A stretch of DNA of 64,000 bases, taken from positions 83,307 through 147,306 of the forward strand of contig JAEEIA010000060.1 in NCBI GenBank assembly GCA_016281125.1, read 5' to 3'. The notes under the pieces are model-generated. The model was not told the origin of the DNA and made no database searches. It was given only the letters and a program-made list of their open reading frames with translations. Source of the stretch: Oscillospiraceae bacterium. Lineage in GTDB: Bacteria > Bacillota > Clostridia > Oscillospirales > Ruminococcaceae. Below, piece by piece: positions 17,091-27,471 of the stretch. The stretch's first letter is position 1. Each line of letters opens with the position of its first letter. Position numbers and translations under genes: made by a program.

Positions 17091-19010
17091 TTATGCATCC
17101 TCCAGCAGAATCAGCTCCTCCAGCAGATCGTCCTGCTGCTGCCGGATTTCCTCCAGCCGCATGCAGACCTGCTGCATTTTCCCGTAATCGCCCGAAACAG
17201 CAGGATCCGAAAGGGAATCCTGCAATGTATTCTGCTCCGCTTGCAGCGCATCCATTTCCTGCTCGATGCGCTTCTGCTCAGCGCGGCGCTTTGCCTCCAG
17301 ACTGCGCTGCTCCCTGGAACGGTAGCCGGATTTTTTGTCCTCCTCGGCCTTTCTGCGCTTCTCCTCGGCAGCAGCGGTCTGTTCCGCTTCGGTCTTTCTG
17401 CGAATCTGCTCCTGATACGCAGAAAATCTGCCCTTGAAGCGTTCCAGCGCACCGTTCTCCATCACAAACAGATTGTCCGCGATGCGGTCCAGCAGATAGC
17501 GGTCGTGGCTGACAAAGAGGATCGTGCCGTCAAACTCGCAGAGCGCCTGTTCCAGCACCTCCTTGGTTGCAAGGTCAAGGTGGTTCGTCGGCTCGTCGAG
17601 CAGCAGCACATTGCCGTGCTCCATCATCAGAATCGCAAAGCAGAGCTTGGCGCGCTCACCGCCGGAGATCACGCCGGTTTCCTTAAACACATTCTCGCCG
17701 GTCAGTCGCACCTGCCCCAGCAGACTGCGCACCTCAAAATCACTGAGCGCCGGATAGCGGTCATGCAGCTCATCAAACACAGTTGCATAGGGATTCAGAC
17801 TTTCGCTTTCCTGCTCAAAGCAGCCGAGCCGCGTGCCTGCCGCCCAGCGTACCAGCCCCTTGTGCGGCAGAATATTCCGCAGCACCTTGAGCAAGGTCGA
17901 TTTGCCTGCGCCGTTTTCCCCGATGATGCCGATTTTCTCGCCGCGGCGCACCGTGAACGAGATGCCGTCCATCAGCGTTTTCTGCGACAGGCCGCTGCCG
18001 ACGGTCAGGTCAATATTTTTGACCTCCAGCAAATCAAGCGGCGGAACCACGCTGTATGTAAATTGCAGCTTGGCCTGCTTGGCTGCCGTATACGGCCTGT
18101 CGATGCGCTCCATTTTTTCCAGCTGCTTTTCGCGGGACTTCGCGGATTTCGCCGTGGATGCGCGCACCTTGTTCCGCGCGACGTAATCCTCCAGCTTGGC
18201 AATTTCCCGCTGCTGCGCCTCGTATTCCTTCTGCTGCCGTTCCCGCGATTCCGTGCGCAGCTTTGTAAAGGCGGTGTAGTTGCCCTTGTAGCGCGTCAGC
18301 TCGCCGCGCTCCAGCTCGCAGATGCTCGTACAGAGGCGGTCGAGGAAGAAGCGGTCATGGCTGACGATCAGCAGCGCGCCGCGCCAGCCCTTCAGGTAAT
18401 CCTCCAGCCAGCCGACCGTCTGGAAATCGAGGTGGTTCGTCGGTTCGTCGAGGATCAGCAGATCCGGCGCCTCCAGCAGCAGCTTGCAGAGTGCCAGGCG
18501 TGTTTTTTCACCGCCGGAAAATCCCGAAACGGTGCGGGAAAGATCCGCCTCCGAAAAGCCCATGCCGTACAGCACCGTGCGGATACGCACATCTGTCGTA
18601 TATCCGTCATTCGTTTCAAAATACGCGGAAAGCCGCGCATATTCATCGGTTTCCTCATCCGTCAGGCCGGATTCCATTTTCGCTTCCAGCGCCTGCATGA
18701 TCTGCTTTGCTTCCCGCAGCGGGGCAAAGGCGCTGTTCATCTCCTCCTGCACGGTCTTGCTGCCGTCGAGTCCTGCATTCTGCGCCAGATAGCCGATCCG
18801 GAGATTCGGCGCTTTTGCGATTGCAGGTTCATCATGCTCAAAGGCATCCGGCAGCTCCTTTTCGGTCAGAATGCGCAGAAAGGTACTCTTGCCGCAGCCG
18901 TTGTCGCCGACCAGCCCGATCCGGTCCTGATTCTCCACAGTCAGCGCAACCGACCGCAGCACATGGTTATCCTGATAGAACTTGTTGATTCCGGTACATG
19001 AAATCAGCAT
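17091..19010 (-). CDS. ABC-F family ATPase with C-terminal coiled-coil extension (Uup-like, housekeeping type)
   Basis: 639 aa. Two ABC cassettes (GDNGCGKST, GENGAGKST; LSGGE x2). Charged inter-domain linker and a long charged tail. No leader region. Confidence 0.85.
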   Translation of the reverse strand: MLISCTGINKFYQDNHVLRSVALTVENQDRIGLVGDNGCGKSTFLRILTEKELPDAFEHDEPAIAKAPNLRIGYLAQNAGLDGSKTVQEEMNSAFAPLREAKQIMQALEAKMESGLTDEETDEYARLSAYFETNDGYTTDVRIRTVLYGMGFSEADLSRTVSGFSGGEKTRLALCKLLLEAPDLLILDEPTNHLDFQTVGWLEDYLKGWRGALLIVSHDRFFLDRLCTSICELERGELTRYKGNYTAFTKLRTESRERQQKEYEAQQREIAKLEDYVARNKVRASTAKSAKSREKQLEKMERIDRPYTAAKQAKLQFTYSVVPPLDLLEVKNIDLTVGSGLSQKTLMDGISFTVRRGEKIGIIGENGAGKSTLLKVLRNILPHKGLVRWAAGTRLGCFEQESESLNPYATVFDELHDRYPALSDFEVRSLLGQVRLTGENVFKETGVISGGERAKLCFAILMMEHGNVLLLDEPTNHLDLATKEVLEQALCEFDGTILFVSHDRYLLDRIADNLFVMENGALERFKGRFSAYQEQIRRKTEAEQTAAAEEKRRKAEEDKKSGYRSREQRSLEAKRRAEQKRIEQEMDALQAEQNTLQDSLSDPAVSGDYGKMQQVCMRLEEIRQQQDDLLEELILLEDA

Positions 19011-19037
19011 ACTTACTCCAATTTTCTTTCATTATCG

Positions 19038-20918
19038 TTACAGCTCGACCTTGACCGCCGCAAAGCCGTAGGGCGGCAGCTTCACGTCATTGCCCTGAAT
19101 ATCGCCGTGGATGACGTCAAACATCGTATAGCGGTCGGTGAACGGCGTCTTGTCCACGCCGAAGCAGACCTCGTGATCCGAACGGTTCAGCGCAATGACC
19201 ATCGCCTTTCTGCGGTGCTTTCTGTACCGCGCAAACACGATATAATCATCGTCAAGCATGAGGAATTTCAGGTCGCCGTCCACAAACACCTTGGACAGAT
19301 GCCGGATCTTTGCCAGCGTTTTCGTGAATTCGATCAGATCCTGATCCTCATGCCCCCACGGATAGCAGCGCCGGTTGAACGGGTCGCCGTAGCCGTCCAG
19401 TCCCGCTTCGTCGCCGTAGTAGATGCTCGGGACGCCGGGCAGGAAGAATTGCAGCACCATCGCACATTTCAGCTTCTTTTTTCCGAGCTCGTACTGCTGC
19501 GGATTGAGCCGCCGTTCTGCCGCCCAGTCCTTGCTTTTGCCCGCCGACGGTTCGCCGCCGAGCACGGTGATTGCTCGCTCAATGTCATGCGTCGAAACAA
19601 AATTCATCAGCACGTCCACGGCGCATTTCGGATAATTCTCCAGAATCGTCATGATCTGACAGCGGAAGTCATACGGGCTGCACCCGCCGAGATACTGCAT
19701 GATTGCCGTGCGGAACGGATAATTCATGACAGAATCAAGCTGTGCGCCGAGCAGATAACGCCGCCGGACACCGTAGGCCTCCTTGGTTGTTGCGTCCTCC
19801 CAGACCTCACCGATCACGACATGCTCACCGTCCGCGCGCTTGACGCAGTCATGCAGCCGCTCCAGGAACGCATCCGGCAGCTCGTCCGCAACGTCCAGAC
19901 GGAAGCCCGCTGCGCCGAGGCTCATCCAGTATTCCAGCACGCCGTCCCTGCCGCAGATGTAGTCGGTATACTCCGGCTGGTTTTCGTTGACATTCGGCAG
20001 CGTGTCGATGCCCCACCAGCTCTCATAGCTGTTCGGGTACTGATGAAACGTGTACCACTTGTAATACGGGCTGTCCGGCGAATTGTACGCACCGACCGTA
20101 TCGTAGCGGCAGAACTTGTTGAAATAGATGCTGTCCGCGCCGGTGTGCGAGAACACGCCGTCCAGAATCACGCTGATGCCGAAGCGCGCCGCCTCCTTGC
20201 AGAGCCGCGCAAAATCCTGATTTGTGCCGAGCAGCGGATCGACCTGCCGGTAATTCGCCGTATTGTAGCGGTGATTTTCATGCGATTCAAAGATCGGGTT
20301 CAGATAGATACAGGTCACGCCGAGGGATTCCAGATACGGCAGCTTCTGCACAATGCCCTCCAGATCCCCGCCGAAATAGTCATTGTTCCAGACATGCCCG
20401 TTCTGATCCGGCCGGTACCACGGCGTTCCGCCCCAGTCGTCGCGGAGCACGCGGTCCTGCGGGACATTCTCATGCGGCAGGCCGCTTTTGCAGAAGCGGT
20501 CGGGGAAGATCTGATACATGATGCCGCCCTTTAAGAAGTCCGGCGTTTCGTAATGCTCATCGTAGACCGTCAGCTGAAAGAGGCCGCCGTCCCCGATGAC
20601 GCCCTCATGTCCGGCCGCCTTTTTGATATAAAACCACTGTCCGCCGGACATAAACGAGAAGTAATAGTAATGCACGCCGGGAATTTTGGCAGAGCAGGTC
20701 GCGGAATACAGGATCTGATCCCCGCTTTCCGAAACCGTGTTCATCGGAATGAACCGCTCCTTCATGCCCGGGCGGTACAGCACAAGCATCGGGTTGGAAT
20801 CCGGCTTTGTATCACGAGGCAGACAGATCGTAAAAGTACACGGCTCATTCTGCCGCAGCGCCCCGAACACGGATTTATAGCGCCTGTCCCAGCTGTCATA
20901 GATTCGTTTCATACCCAT
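19038..20918 (-). CDS. GH13 alpha-glucan hydrolase (neopullulanase/cyclomaltodextrinase-like)
   Basis: 626 aa. GH13 conserved regions: YLNPIFESHENHRYN, GFRLDVADELP, VIGEVWEDA, FVSTHDIERA. Confidence 0.8.
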   Translation of the reverse strand: MGMKRIYDSWDRRYKSVFGALRQNEPCTFTICLPRDTKPDSNPMLVLYRPGMKERFIPMNTVSESGDQILYSATCSAKIPGVHYYYFSFMSGGQWFYIKKAAGHEGVIGDGGLFQLTVYDEHYETPDFLKGGIMYQIFPDRFCKSGLPHENVPQDRVLRDDWGGTPWYRPDQNGHVWNNDYFGGDLEGIVQKLPYLESLGVTCIYLNPIFESHENHRYNTANYRQVDPLLGTNQDFARLCKEAARFGISVILDGVFSHTGADSIYFNKFCRYDTVGAYNSPDSPYYKWYTFHQYPNSYESWWGIDTLPNVNENQPEYTDYICGRDGVLEYWMSLGAAGFRLDVADELPDAFLERLHDCVKRADGEHVVIGEVWEDATTKEAYGVRRRYLLGAQLDSVMNYPFRTAIMQYLGGCSPYDFRCQIMTILENYPKCAVDVLMNFVSTHDIERAITVLGGEPSAGKSKDWAAERRLNPQQYELGKKKLKCAMVLQFFLPGVPSIYYGDEAGLDGYGDPFNRRCYPWGHEDQDLIEFTKTLAKIRHLSKVFVDGDLKFLMLDDDYIVFARYRKHRRKAMVIALNRSDHEVCFGVDKTPFTDRYTMFDVIHGDIQGNDVKLPPYGFAAVKVEL

Positions 20919-21112
20919 CCCTCTTTACAAGGAATCGCTGATCAAACCGCGCCCGGCGGCTCGGCACGCAATCTGCTCGCATCCTGCGCACCGGATTTAT
21001 GCAGCGATTCCGTAAGAAAAAGGGGCGATCATCTGACCGCCCGCTCCCCACACAGTATCTATGCGCATGCCGCCGGTCCGCCGGGCAGCGGATCAGCGGA
21101 TGCGTTTGTTTC

Positions 21113-23497
21113 TTACAGATGCCAGATATTCTTTGCGTACTCGGTCACGGCGCGGTCTGCGGAGAACACGCCTGCGCCCGCGATGTTGTTCAGGCTCATC
21201 TTTGCAAAGTGCAGCTTATCCGCATAGCACTGTGCAGCATAGGCCTGTGCCGCGCGGTAGCTGTCGAAGTCCGCAAGCACCATATACGGATCCTGCGTCC
21301 GGAGCGACTGTGCGATATCCGGGAAACGGTCACCGTTGATGCCGTTTGCGATGCGGTCCACGCAGGCACGGATCAGACCGTGGTTGTGATAGATTTCCTG
21401 CGGGTTGTAATACGGCTTGCGGGAGTTGACCTCCTCGGTCTTCATGCCGAAGATGATGATATTCTCATCGCCCGCCGCTTCCTTGATCTCAATGTTCGCG
21501 CCGTCCAGCGTGCCGATTGTGACAGCGCCGTTCAGCATCAGCTTCATGTTGCCGGTGCCGGAGGCCTCCGTACCTGCCAGAGAGATCTGCTCGGAGAAGT
21601 CAGAAGCCGGCATCAGCATCTCGGAAAGCGTGACGCAGTAATTTTCAAGGAACACGACTGCGAGCTTTTCGCTGATTTTCGGATTCTTCCGGATTTCCTC
21701 GGAGATGCACCAGATCATCTTGATAATCTGTTTTGCAAGGTAGTATCCCGGGGCAGCCTTCGCCGCGAAGATATAGGTCTTGGGATGGAAGTCCATATCC
21801 GGATTTTCCAGCAGCATCTGATAATCCGCGAGGATATTCAGCGCATTGAGGTGCTGGCGCTTATACTCGTGCAGACGCTTGACCTGCACGTCGAACACGC
21901 TGTCCGGATCCAGAACGATGCCGTTCTTCGTCTTGACATATTTTGCAAAATCCTGCTTGTTCGCACGCTTGACCGCCATCAGCTTTTCAAGCACCTTGGC
22001 GTCATCCTGGAAGGCACGCAGCTTTTCCAGCTCTGCGCCGCTCTTGAGGAATCCGCTGCCGATGGTATCCTTCAGCAGCCTGGTCAGCCCCGGATTGGAC
22101 TGATACAGCCAGCGGCGGTATGCGATGCCGTTTGTGACGTTCGTGAACTTCTGCGGAGCTGCGCAGAATTCATTGTGGAACACGGATTCCTTGATGATTT
22201 CGGAGTGCAGTCTGGAAACGCCGTTGACGCTGTGCGATGCTGCAACGCAGAGCGTGGCCATGTGGATCATGTTGTCCTTGATAATGGACATCTGCGTGGT
22301 CAGATCGCTGTTCTGCGTCTTTGCAAAAATCTCCGCGCAGTAGCGGTTGTTGATCTCCACGATAATGGAGAACACACGCGGAATCACTCTGCGGACAAGG
22401 TTGATGTCCCACTTTTCAAGCGCTTCGGCCATGACGGTATGGTTCGTATAGGCAAAGACTCTGGTGGTGATGTCCCAGGCCTTCTCCCATGTATAGCCGC
22501 AGTCATCGAGCAGAATACGCATCAGCTCCGGAATTGCAAGCGTCGGGTGCGTATCGTTGATATGGATTGCGACCTTGTCGGCAAGGTTATCGAGCGTGCC
22601 GTAAACGGCCATGTGATTGTTGACAATGTCACCGACGGCCGCCGCGCAGAGGAAATACTGCTGCCGCAGACGGAGCGACTTGCCCTCCAGGTGATTGTCG
22701 TTCGGATAGAGCACCTTGGAGATTGCATTTGCAATGGAATTCGGTGCAAGCGCCTTGGAATAATCGCCCTGATTGAACATCGCCATATCAAAGCTCGGCG
22801 CCTTTGCAGCCCACAGACGCAGCACAGAAACCGCGTTGCTGTTGTAGCCGGATACATACATATCATACGGAATCGCCGTTACGGTGCTGTAATTCACATG
22901 GGAAACATGGTGATACTGCTGATCCCAGTATTCCTCCAGATCACCCTCAAAATGCACCTCAATGGCCTGCTCCGGACGCGGATCCAGCCAAACCTCGCCG
23001 CCGGGAAGCCAGTTATCGGGCAGCTCCGTCTGCCAGCCCTCCTCGAGCTTCTGCTTGAAGATGCCGTACTCATAGCAGATCGAATGGCCGGTTGCCGGAT
23101 AGCCCGTGGTTGCAAGGCCGTCCAGATAGCAGGCTGCCAGTCTGCCGAGGCCGCCGTTGCCGAGTCCCGCATCCGGCTCGTAGTCATAGATGCGGTCCAG
23201 CTTGATATCAAACTTTTTGAGGAATTTCTCCACATCCTCCGCCAGTTCCAGATTGTACAGGCTGGTCTTTAAGGATCTGCCCATCAGAAATTCCATCGAG
23301 AGATAGAAGATCTGCTTTTCACCGGTCGAGTTGACATGATTCATGAACTTCTGGCGCTTGGTCTTCATCAGCTCCGTCACGACGGCGGACAGCGCAAGGT
23401 AAATCTGCTTGTCGCTGGCTTCGTCCGGTGAAACATTGAACTGTGTCTGGAGCCGGTTCAGGAAATCCTGCGTCACCTTTTCGGAAAATTTGGACAT
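21113..23497 (-). CDS. glgP: Glycogen/maltodextrin phosphorylase
   Basis: ORF 21113..23542. Start chosen at MSKFSEK (RBS GGAG). PLP-lysine motif EASGTGNMKLMLNGA. Confidence 0.9.
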   Translation of the reverse strand: MSKFSEKVTQDFLNRLQTQFNVSPDEASDKQIYLALSAVVTELMKTKRQKFMNHVNSTGEKQIFYLSMEFLMGRSLKTSLYNLELAEDVEKFLKKFDIKLDRIYDYEPDAGLGNGGLGRLAACYLDGLATTGYPATGHSICYEYGIFKQKLEEGWQTELPDNWLPGGEVWLDPRPEQAIEVHFEGDLEEYWDQQYHHVSHVNYSTVTAIPYDMYVSGYNSNAVSVLRLWAAKAPSFDMAMFNQGDYSKALAPNSIANAISKVLYPNDNHLEGKSLRLRQQYFLCAAAVGDIVNNHMAVYGTLDNLADKVAIHINDTHPTLAIPELMRILLDDCGYTWEKAWDITTRVFAYTNHTVMAEALEKWDINLVRRVIPRVFSIIVEINNRYCAEIFAKTQNSDLTTQMSIIKDNMIHMATLCVAASHSVNGVSRLHSEIIKESVFHNEFCAAPQKFTNVTNGIAYRRWLYQSNPGLTRLLKDTIGSGFLKSGAELEKLRAFQDDAKVLEKLMAVKRANKQDFAKYVKTKNGIVLDPDSVFDVQVKRLHEYKRQHLNALNILADYQMLLENPDMDFHPKTYIFAAKAAPGYYLAKQIIKMIWCISEEIRKNPKISEKLAVVFLENYCVTLSEMLMPASDFSEQISLAGTEASGTGNMKLMLNGAVTIGTLDGANIEIKEAAGDENIIIFGMKTEEVNSRKPYYNPQEIYHNHGLIRACVDRIANGINGDRFPDIAQSLRTQDPYMVLADFDSYRAAQAYAAQCYADKLHFAKMSLNNIAGAGVFSADRAVTEYAKNIWHL

Positions 23498-23626
23498 GAT
23501 AAACTCCATTCTCCGGCGTATCCAAAAATCGGTTTGCCGCAAGGGAACCGCACGCCGTTACGCCGGAAGCGCGGCAGCGGTCAGAGCCTGCGCCGGTGCG
23601 CAGGGATCTGCAAACAATACCAATTT

Positions 23627-23655
23627 ATTATACCCCATTCACGCTGAAAATGCAA
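23627..23655 (-). promoter_or_regulatory. Sigma-A type promoter for glgP
   Basis: The minus strand reads TTGCAT, a 17-nt spacer, then TATAAT. Immediately upstream lies the palindrome GCTGAATT-N5-AATTCAGC (23659-23679). Confidence 0.5.
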
Positions 23656-23900
23656 TAGCTGAATTATACAAATTCAGCAGGCGGGAACAGTGATTTTCCA
23701 CAATGCAGCGGAGCCGCGCACTGTCAGATTTAACAAATCGCACAAAGAGTTTCCATGCAAAACACCGAACGCGACGAACCGGACTGCCGTTTTTTGTTCA
23801 GAACTGCAAAAACGGAACAAATGCGGCCGTTTGATGCATCCGGCGGGGATTTCTCCGTTTTATCCGGTTATCCGCCGGGAACAGGTTTGATTTTTGTGTG

Positions 23901-25133
23901 TTATGAAGGCGCATCCGCGTGCAGACTGTCCGCCGCCCAGAGCGCAAGCTGATCCCAGTCCATCGCCGCCAGCTTGTGCGCCGCCCGCCGGATCGTATCG
24001 CGGCTGCCGAACGAGGAGAACCGCAGCCAGCCCTCACCCTGCGCGCCGAAGCCCGCACCCGGCGAGGTGACAATGCCGTAATGCGAGAGCAGCAGCCCGA
24101 AGCACTTCCAGGAATCCATGTGATACGGGCATTCCATCCAGACATAGGGCGCGTGCTCGCCGCCGGTTGTGAACACGCCGCTCCGGTGCAGCGCCCCGCG
24201 GATGATGTCCGCGTTCTCCATATAATACTGCACATCCTGCCGCACCTGCCGCTGTCCCTCCGCAGAGAGCGCCGCCGCCGCGCCGCGCTGAACGATATAT
24301 GATGTGCCGTTATACTTTGTGGACTGCCGCCGCATCCAGAGCCGGTGCAGCGACTGTCCTTCCTGTGTCAGCGTCCGCGGCACAATGACCCAACTGCACC
24401 GCACGCCGGTGAAGCCCGCCATTTTGGAGAGCGAATTGATCTCAATGGCGCAGGTTTCCGCACCTGCAATCTCAAAGATGCTCCGCGGGAGCGCCGCACT
24501 GCGGATATAGGCCTCATAAGCGGCATCGTAGATGATGCAGGCATTCTGTGCGCGGGCATATTCCACCCACTGCCGCAGCTGTGCCCGCGAATAGACCGCG
24601 CCGGTCGGGTTGTTCGGGGAGCAGAGATAGATCAGATCCGTGCGGATGCTTTCATCCGGCATCGGCAGAAAGCCGTTCTCTTTCGTTCCGCGCGCAAAGC
24701 ATACGCGCCGCCCCGCCATGACGCTGGTATCGTAAAACACCGGATACACCGGATTCGGAAGCAGAACGGTGCTGTCCGGCGCGAACAGGTCGCAGAGGTT
24801 GGCAAGGTCGCTCTTGGCGCCGTCGCTGACGAACACATCCTCCGCGCCGATGCTGACATGAAAGCTGCGGTAGTAATCCGCAATCATCTGCCGCAGAAAC
24901 GGCTCTCCCTGCACGTCGCCGTAGCCGTGAAAGCGTGCGGCCTCGCGCATTTCCCGCGCTGCCGCTGCCATGGCATCGCAGACGGCAGGTGCCAGCGGAC
25001 GCGTCACATCGTTGATGCCGAGCGAGAGAATCTCCGCGTCCGGATGCGCCTCGCGGAAATGCTTCACGCGCAGGCCGATCTCCGCAAAGAGATAGTTCTG
25101 CTCCAGCTTCCGGATATTTTCGTTGAGCTGCAT
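23901..25133 (-). CDS. dapL: LL-diaminopimelate aminotransferase
   Basis: ORF 23901..25148. Start at MQLNENIRKLEQNYLFAEI (RBS AAAGGAGG). N-terminal signature plus class I/II aminotransferase body. Confidence 0.8.
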   Translation of the reverse strand: MQLNENIRKLEQNYLFAEIGLRVKHFREAHPDAEILSLGINDVTRPLAPAVCDAMAAAAREMREAARFHGYGDVQGEPFLRQMIADYYRSFHVSIGAEDVFVSDGAKSDLANLCDLFAPDSTVLLPNPVYPVFYDTSVMAGRRVCFARGTKENGFLPMPDESIRTDLIYLCSPNNPTGAVYSRAQLRQWVEYARAQNACIIYDAAYEAYIRSAALPRSIFEIAGAETCAIEINSLSKMAGFTGVRCSWVIVPRTLTQEGQSLHRLWMRRQSTKYNGTSYIVQRGAAAALSAEGQRQVRQDVQYYMENADIIRGALHRSGVFTTGGEHAPYVWMECPYHMDSWKCFGLLLSHYGIVTSPGAGFGAQGEGWLRFSSFGSRDTIRRAAHKLAAMDWDQLALWAADSLHADAPS

Positions 25134-25199
25134 GCAGCCTCCTTTCATTCGGAAACAGGTACGCCGCCGCAGGCTGTTCTGCGGCGGCGGAATAATCGC

Positions 25200-27158
25200 T
25201 CAGGTCTTGGGTTTGCACTGCTGCTTCAGATATTTGGACGGGAACCGCTTTTTCTTCTCCTCGTACATCTTGCTGTCCGCCAGCGTGATGAGCTGGAAGA
25301 TCGTGCTGCCCTCCGGCGGCACCGTGATGCAGGCGCCCATGCTCAGGCTCAGCTGATACGGCAGGCCGGAATGCGCATTGCAGATGTCCAGAGAGGACTG
25401 GATCCGGTTCCGGAGCGCCGCGGCGTCCGCCTCGGTATAATCCGCACTGAAAATGAAGAACTCATCGCCGCCGAACCGGCAGACGATTTCCCCGCGGGAG
25501 CAGGCCTCCTGCAAAATCAGCGCAATGGAGCGGAGCGCGTGATCGCCCGCGGCATGGCCGTAGGAATCGTTGATGCTTTTCAGCTCATCCATATCGGCAA
25601 ACATCACCATCACAGAGCGGTGCTCGCGGATGCACTGGTCAAAGACAACCTGTGCGCTGCGCTTGAAGCCGTTGCGGTTGAAGATGCCGGTCAGCGTGTC
25701 AATCGCATACAGCTTGTCGAGCTCCTCGACGATCTCGTCCAGGCAGAGGATCTTGCGGAAGTTCTCCAGGGTATTGCTGATATTGATGCTCCAGGAGTGG
25801 AACATGGTGCTGGCCATCGGGAATTCGGAATTGACAATCGCAAAATAGCCGAGGCAGCGCTCCCGGAAATGCAGCGGAATAAAGAAAATGTTCCGCGGAT
25901 GGTCGCTTTCCGTGCGCAGACGCGGCAGCATATCCGATGACGTAAAGCTGGCTTCGATCTTCTGGAACGCGCCGTCATAATATGCAATCGGCATCAGCAT
26001 TCTGCCGGAATAGCCCTCCGTGATATAGGTATCCGGTGCGAGCACACCGTCATAGCCGTTCTCCTGCCGGATCTGGCGCACATGCCAGTTGTCGTTCAGG
26101 CAGAGGTAGAATTCCTCGCAGCGTGTCTGAAGGACAAATTCCTTCAGCGTGTCAATATATTCCTCAAAGCGGTCGCATTCGACGAGCGCACAGGACATCT
26201 GATTGTTCAGCGAAATATCCCGGAGCATATTCTCGGTCGTCTGATAGCTGCGCTTTTTGTAGGCGCTGATGTCCTCGGTGTCGGTCTGGTGGCAGCCGCA
26301 GCTTTCCGAGAAAATCGGAACGGCGCTGAGCCTTGCGCTCCGTTCGAGTGTTTCACCGGCCGCATGCAGACAGATTTTCTCGCAGGCCAGCACGCCGGAC
26401 TGCACCAGCGGGCGCTCAACGGTCGTCAGCGCAGGCGAGAAGTTCCGCGCCTTATAGGTGTTGTCAAAACCGGAAACGAGGACGTCCTCCGGGCAGCGGA
26501 TGCCGTTCTCCTCCAGCGTCAGCACGGCGGAAACCGCCATGGCATCATTTGCGCAGACGATTGCCTGCGGAAAGCTGAGATCGGATTTCAGGAAGCACTC
26601 AATGGCGCGGCGGCCGTCCCGGGAGCGGAACGCGCCGTGATAGACACGGTCGGGCTCCAGCGGAATCTGATGCTCCCGCAGCACGCGGCAGAACGCCGCA
26701 AAGCGCTCGTTGCTCTCCGAATTGGTATCCGGGCCGGAGATGAAGTTCAGCCGGGTGACGCCGTGCTCCTCGATCATGTGGCGGGTAATCTGCTCCATGG
26801 CCGTATCGTTCTGCACGCCGATATAGTAGAGGTCACCGAGCTCGCGGTCAATGCTCACCGCCGGAATTCCGGCTGCCTTGATCCGCCGGTACAGCATTTC
26901 TGCCGTTTCGCCGGAAAAGGTATTGGACAGCAGAATCGCGCCGTCGAACTTGGAAAAGTTTGGCAGCTCGAAGATATTGTATTCGCCCTGATCGTATTTC
27001 GGATTCGGGAGAATCCCGCCGAACGCGATGAAGTGGGCGATATTGACCTGATGCTGCGCGGCATAGCGATGGATCCCGCGCAGAATGGCCTGCTGATACT
27101 CCTCATCAATGCCGGATGCGATCACGGCGATCGTGAAATCATAGCTGTATTTTGGCAT
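25200..27158 (-). CDS. Cytoplasmic LacI/GalR-type sugar-binding domain fused to a GGDEF diguanylate cyclase
   Basis: 652 aa. N-terminus has no HTH and no signal peptide but carries a Peripla_BP pattern (AIVCANDAMAVS...VSGFDN...PALTTV). C-terminus has DxLTGIFNRNGF and RFGGDEFFIF. Confidence 0.8.
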   Translation of the reverse strand: MPKYSYDFTIAVIASGIDEEYQQAILRGIHRYAAQHQVNIAHFIAFGGILPNPKYDQGEYNIFELPNFSKFDGAILLSNTFSGETAEMLYRRIKAAGIPAVSIDRELGDLYYIGVQNDTAMEQITRHMIEEHGVTRLNFISGPDTNSESNERFAAFCRVLREHQIPLEPDRVYHGAFRSRDGRRAIECFLKSDLSFPQAIVCANDAMAVSAVLTLEENGIRCPEDVLVSGFDNTYKARNFSPALTTVERPLVQSGVLACEKICLHAAGETLERSARLSAVPIFSESCGCHQTDTEDISAYKKRSYQTTENMLRDISLNNQMSCALVECDRFEEYIDTLKEFVLQTRCEEFYLCLNDNWHVRQIRQENGYDGVLAPDTYITEGYSGRMLMPIAYYDGAFQKIEASFTSSDMLPRLRTESDHPRNIFFIPLHFRERCLGYFAIVNSEFPMASTMFHSWSINISNTLENFRKILCLDEIVEELDKLYAIDTLTGIFNRNGFKRSAQVVFDQCIREHRSVMVMFADMDELKSINDSYGHAAGDHALRSIALILQEACSRGEIVCRFGGDEFFIFSADYTEADAAALRNRIQSSLDICNAHSGLPYQLSLSMGACITVPPEGSTIFQLITLADSKMYEEKKKRFPSKYLKQQCKPKT

Positions 27159-27250
27159 AGGTTCACCTCATTACCTCTGCCGCAGTCACGCGGCGGCGGA
27201 ATATGTGCTTGCCGGTTTCGGAGCCGTTTCTTCGGATCCCATACAGGATT

Positions 27251-27279
27251 ATTTTAACATACCCGCACGGTTTTGTCAA
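27251..27279 (-). promoter_or_regulatory. Consensus sigma-A promoter for the GGDEF gene
   Basis: The minus strand reads TTGACA (27274-27279), a 17-nt spacer, then TAAAAT (27251-27256). Confidence 0.55.
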
Positions 27280-27437
27280 GATTCTTTGCACTGTCCGAAG
27301 GGTTTTCGTCAATCTCACCGTTATTTCGCACCGGATTTGTGCAGCCTGACGAAGCACGAAAAAACATCTCTCAATACATATTCTGACAGTATCTGACAAA
27401 TTGGATATAAAACGACAGTTGATAGTACAATCCCGCA

Positions 27438-27466
27438 TTGCATTGAACATATTGCTGTGCTATAAT
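27438..27466 (+). promoter_or_regulatory. Orphan sigma-A promoter with extended -10
   Basis: TTGCAT (27438-27443), 17-nt spacer, TGC-TATAAT (27458-27466). No credible CDS lies downstream on the plus strand. Confidence 0.55.
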
Positions 27467-27471
27467 GAAAA

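Noticed and set aside
20999-23272. 757-aa plus-strand ORF.
   Set aside because: It is antisense to glycogen phosphorylase, whose PLP motif EASGTGNMK and full-length similarity are unambiguous. It is a shadow ORF.
23700-23900. Several hairpins (CCGGCGG..CCGCCGG; CCGTTTTT..AAAAACGG) downstream of dapL, possibly an RNA element.
   Set aside because: No promoter, conserved motif or clear T-run terminator could be assigned on either strand. They are probably just a weak dapL 3' structure, and the evidence is insufficient.
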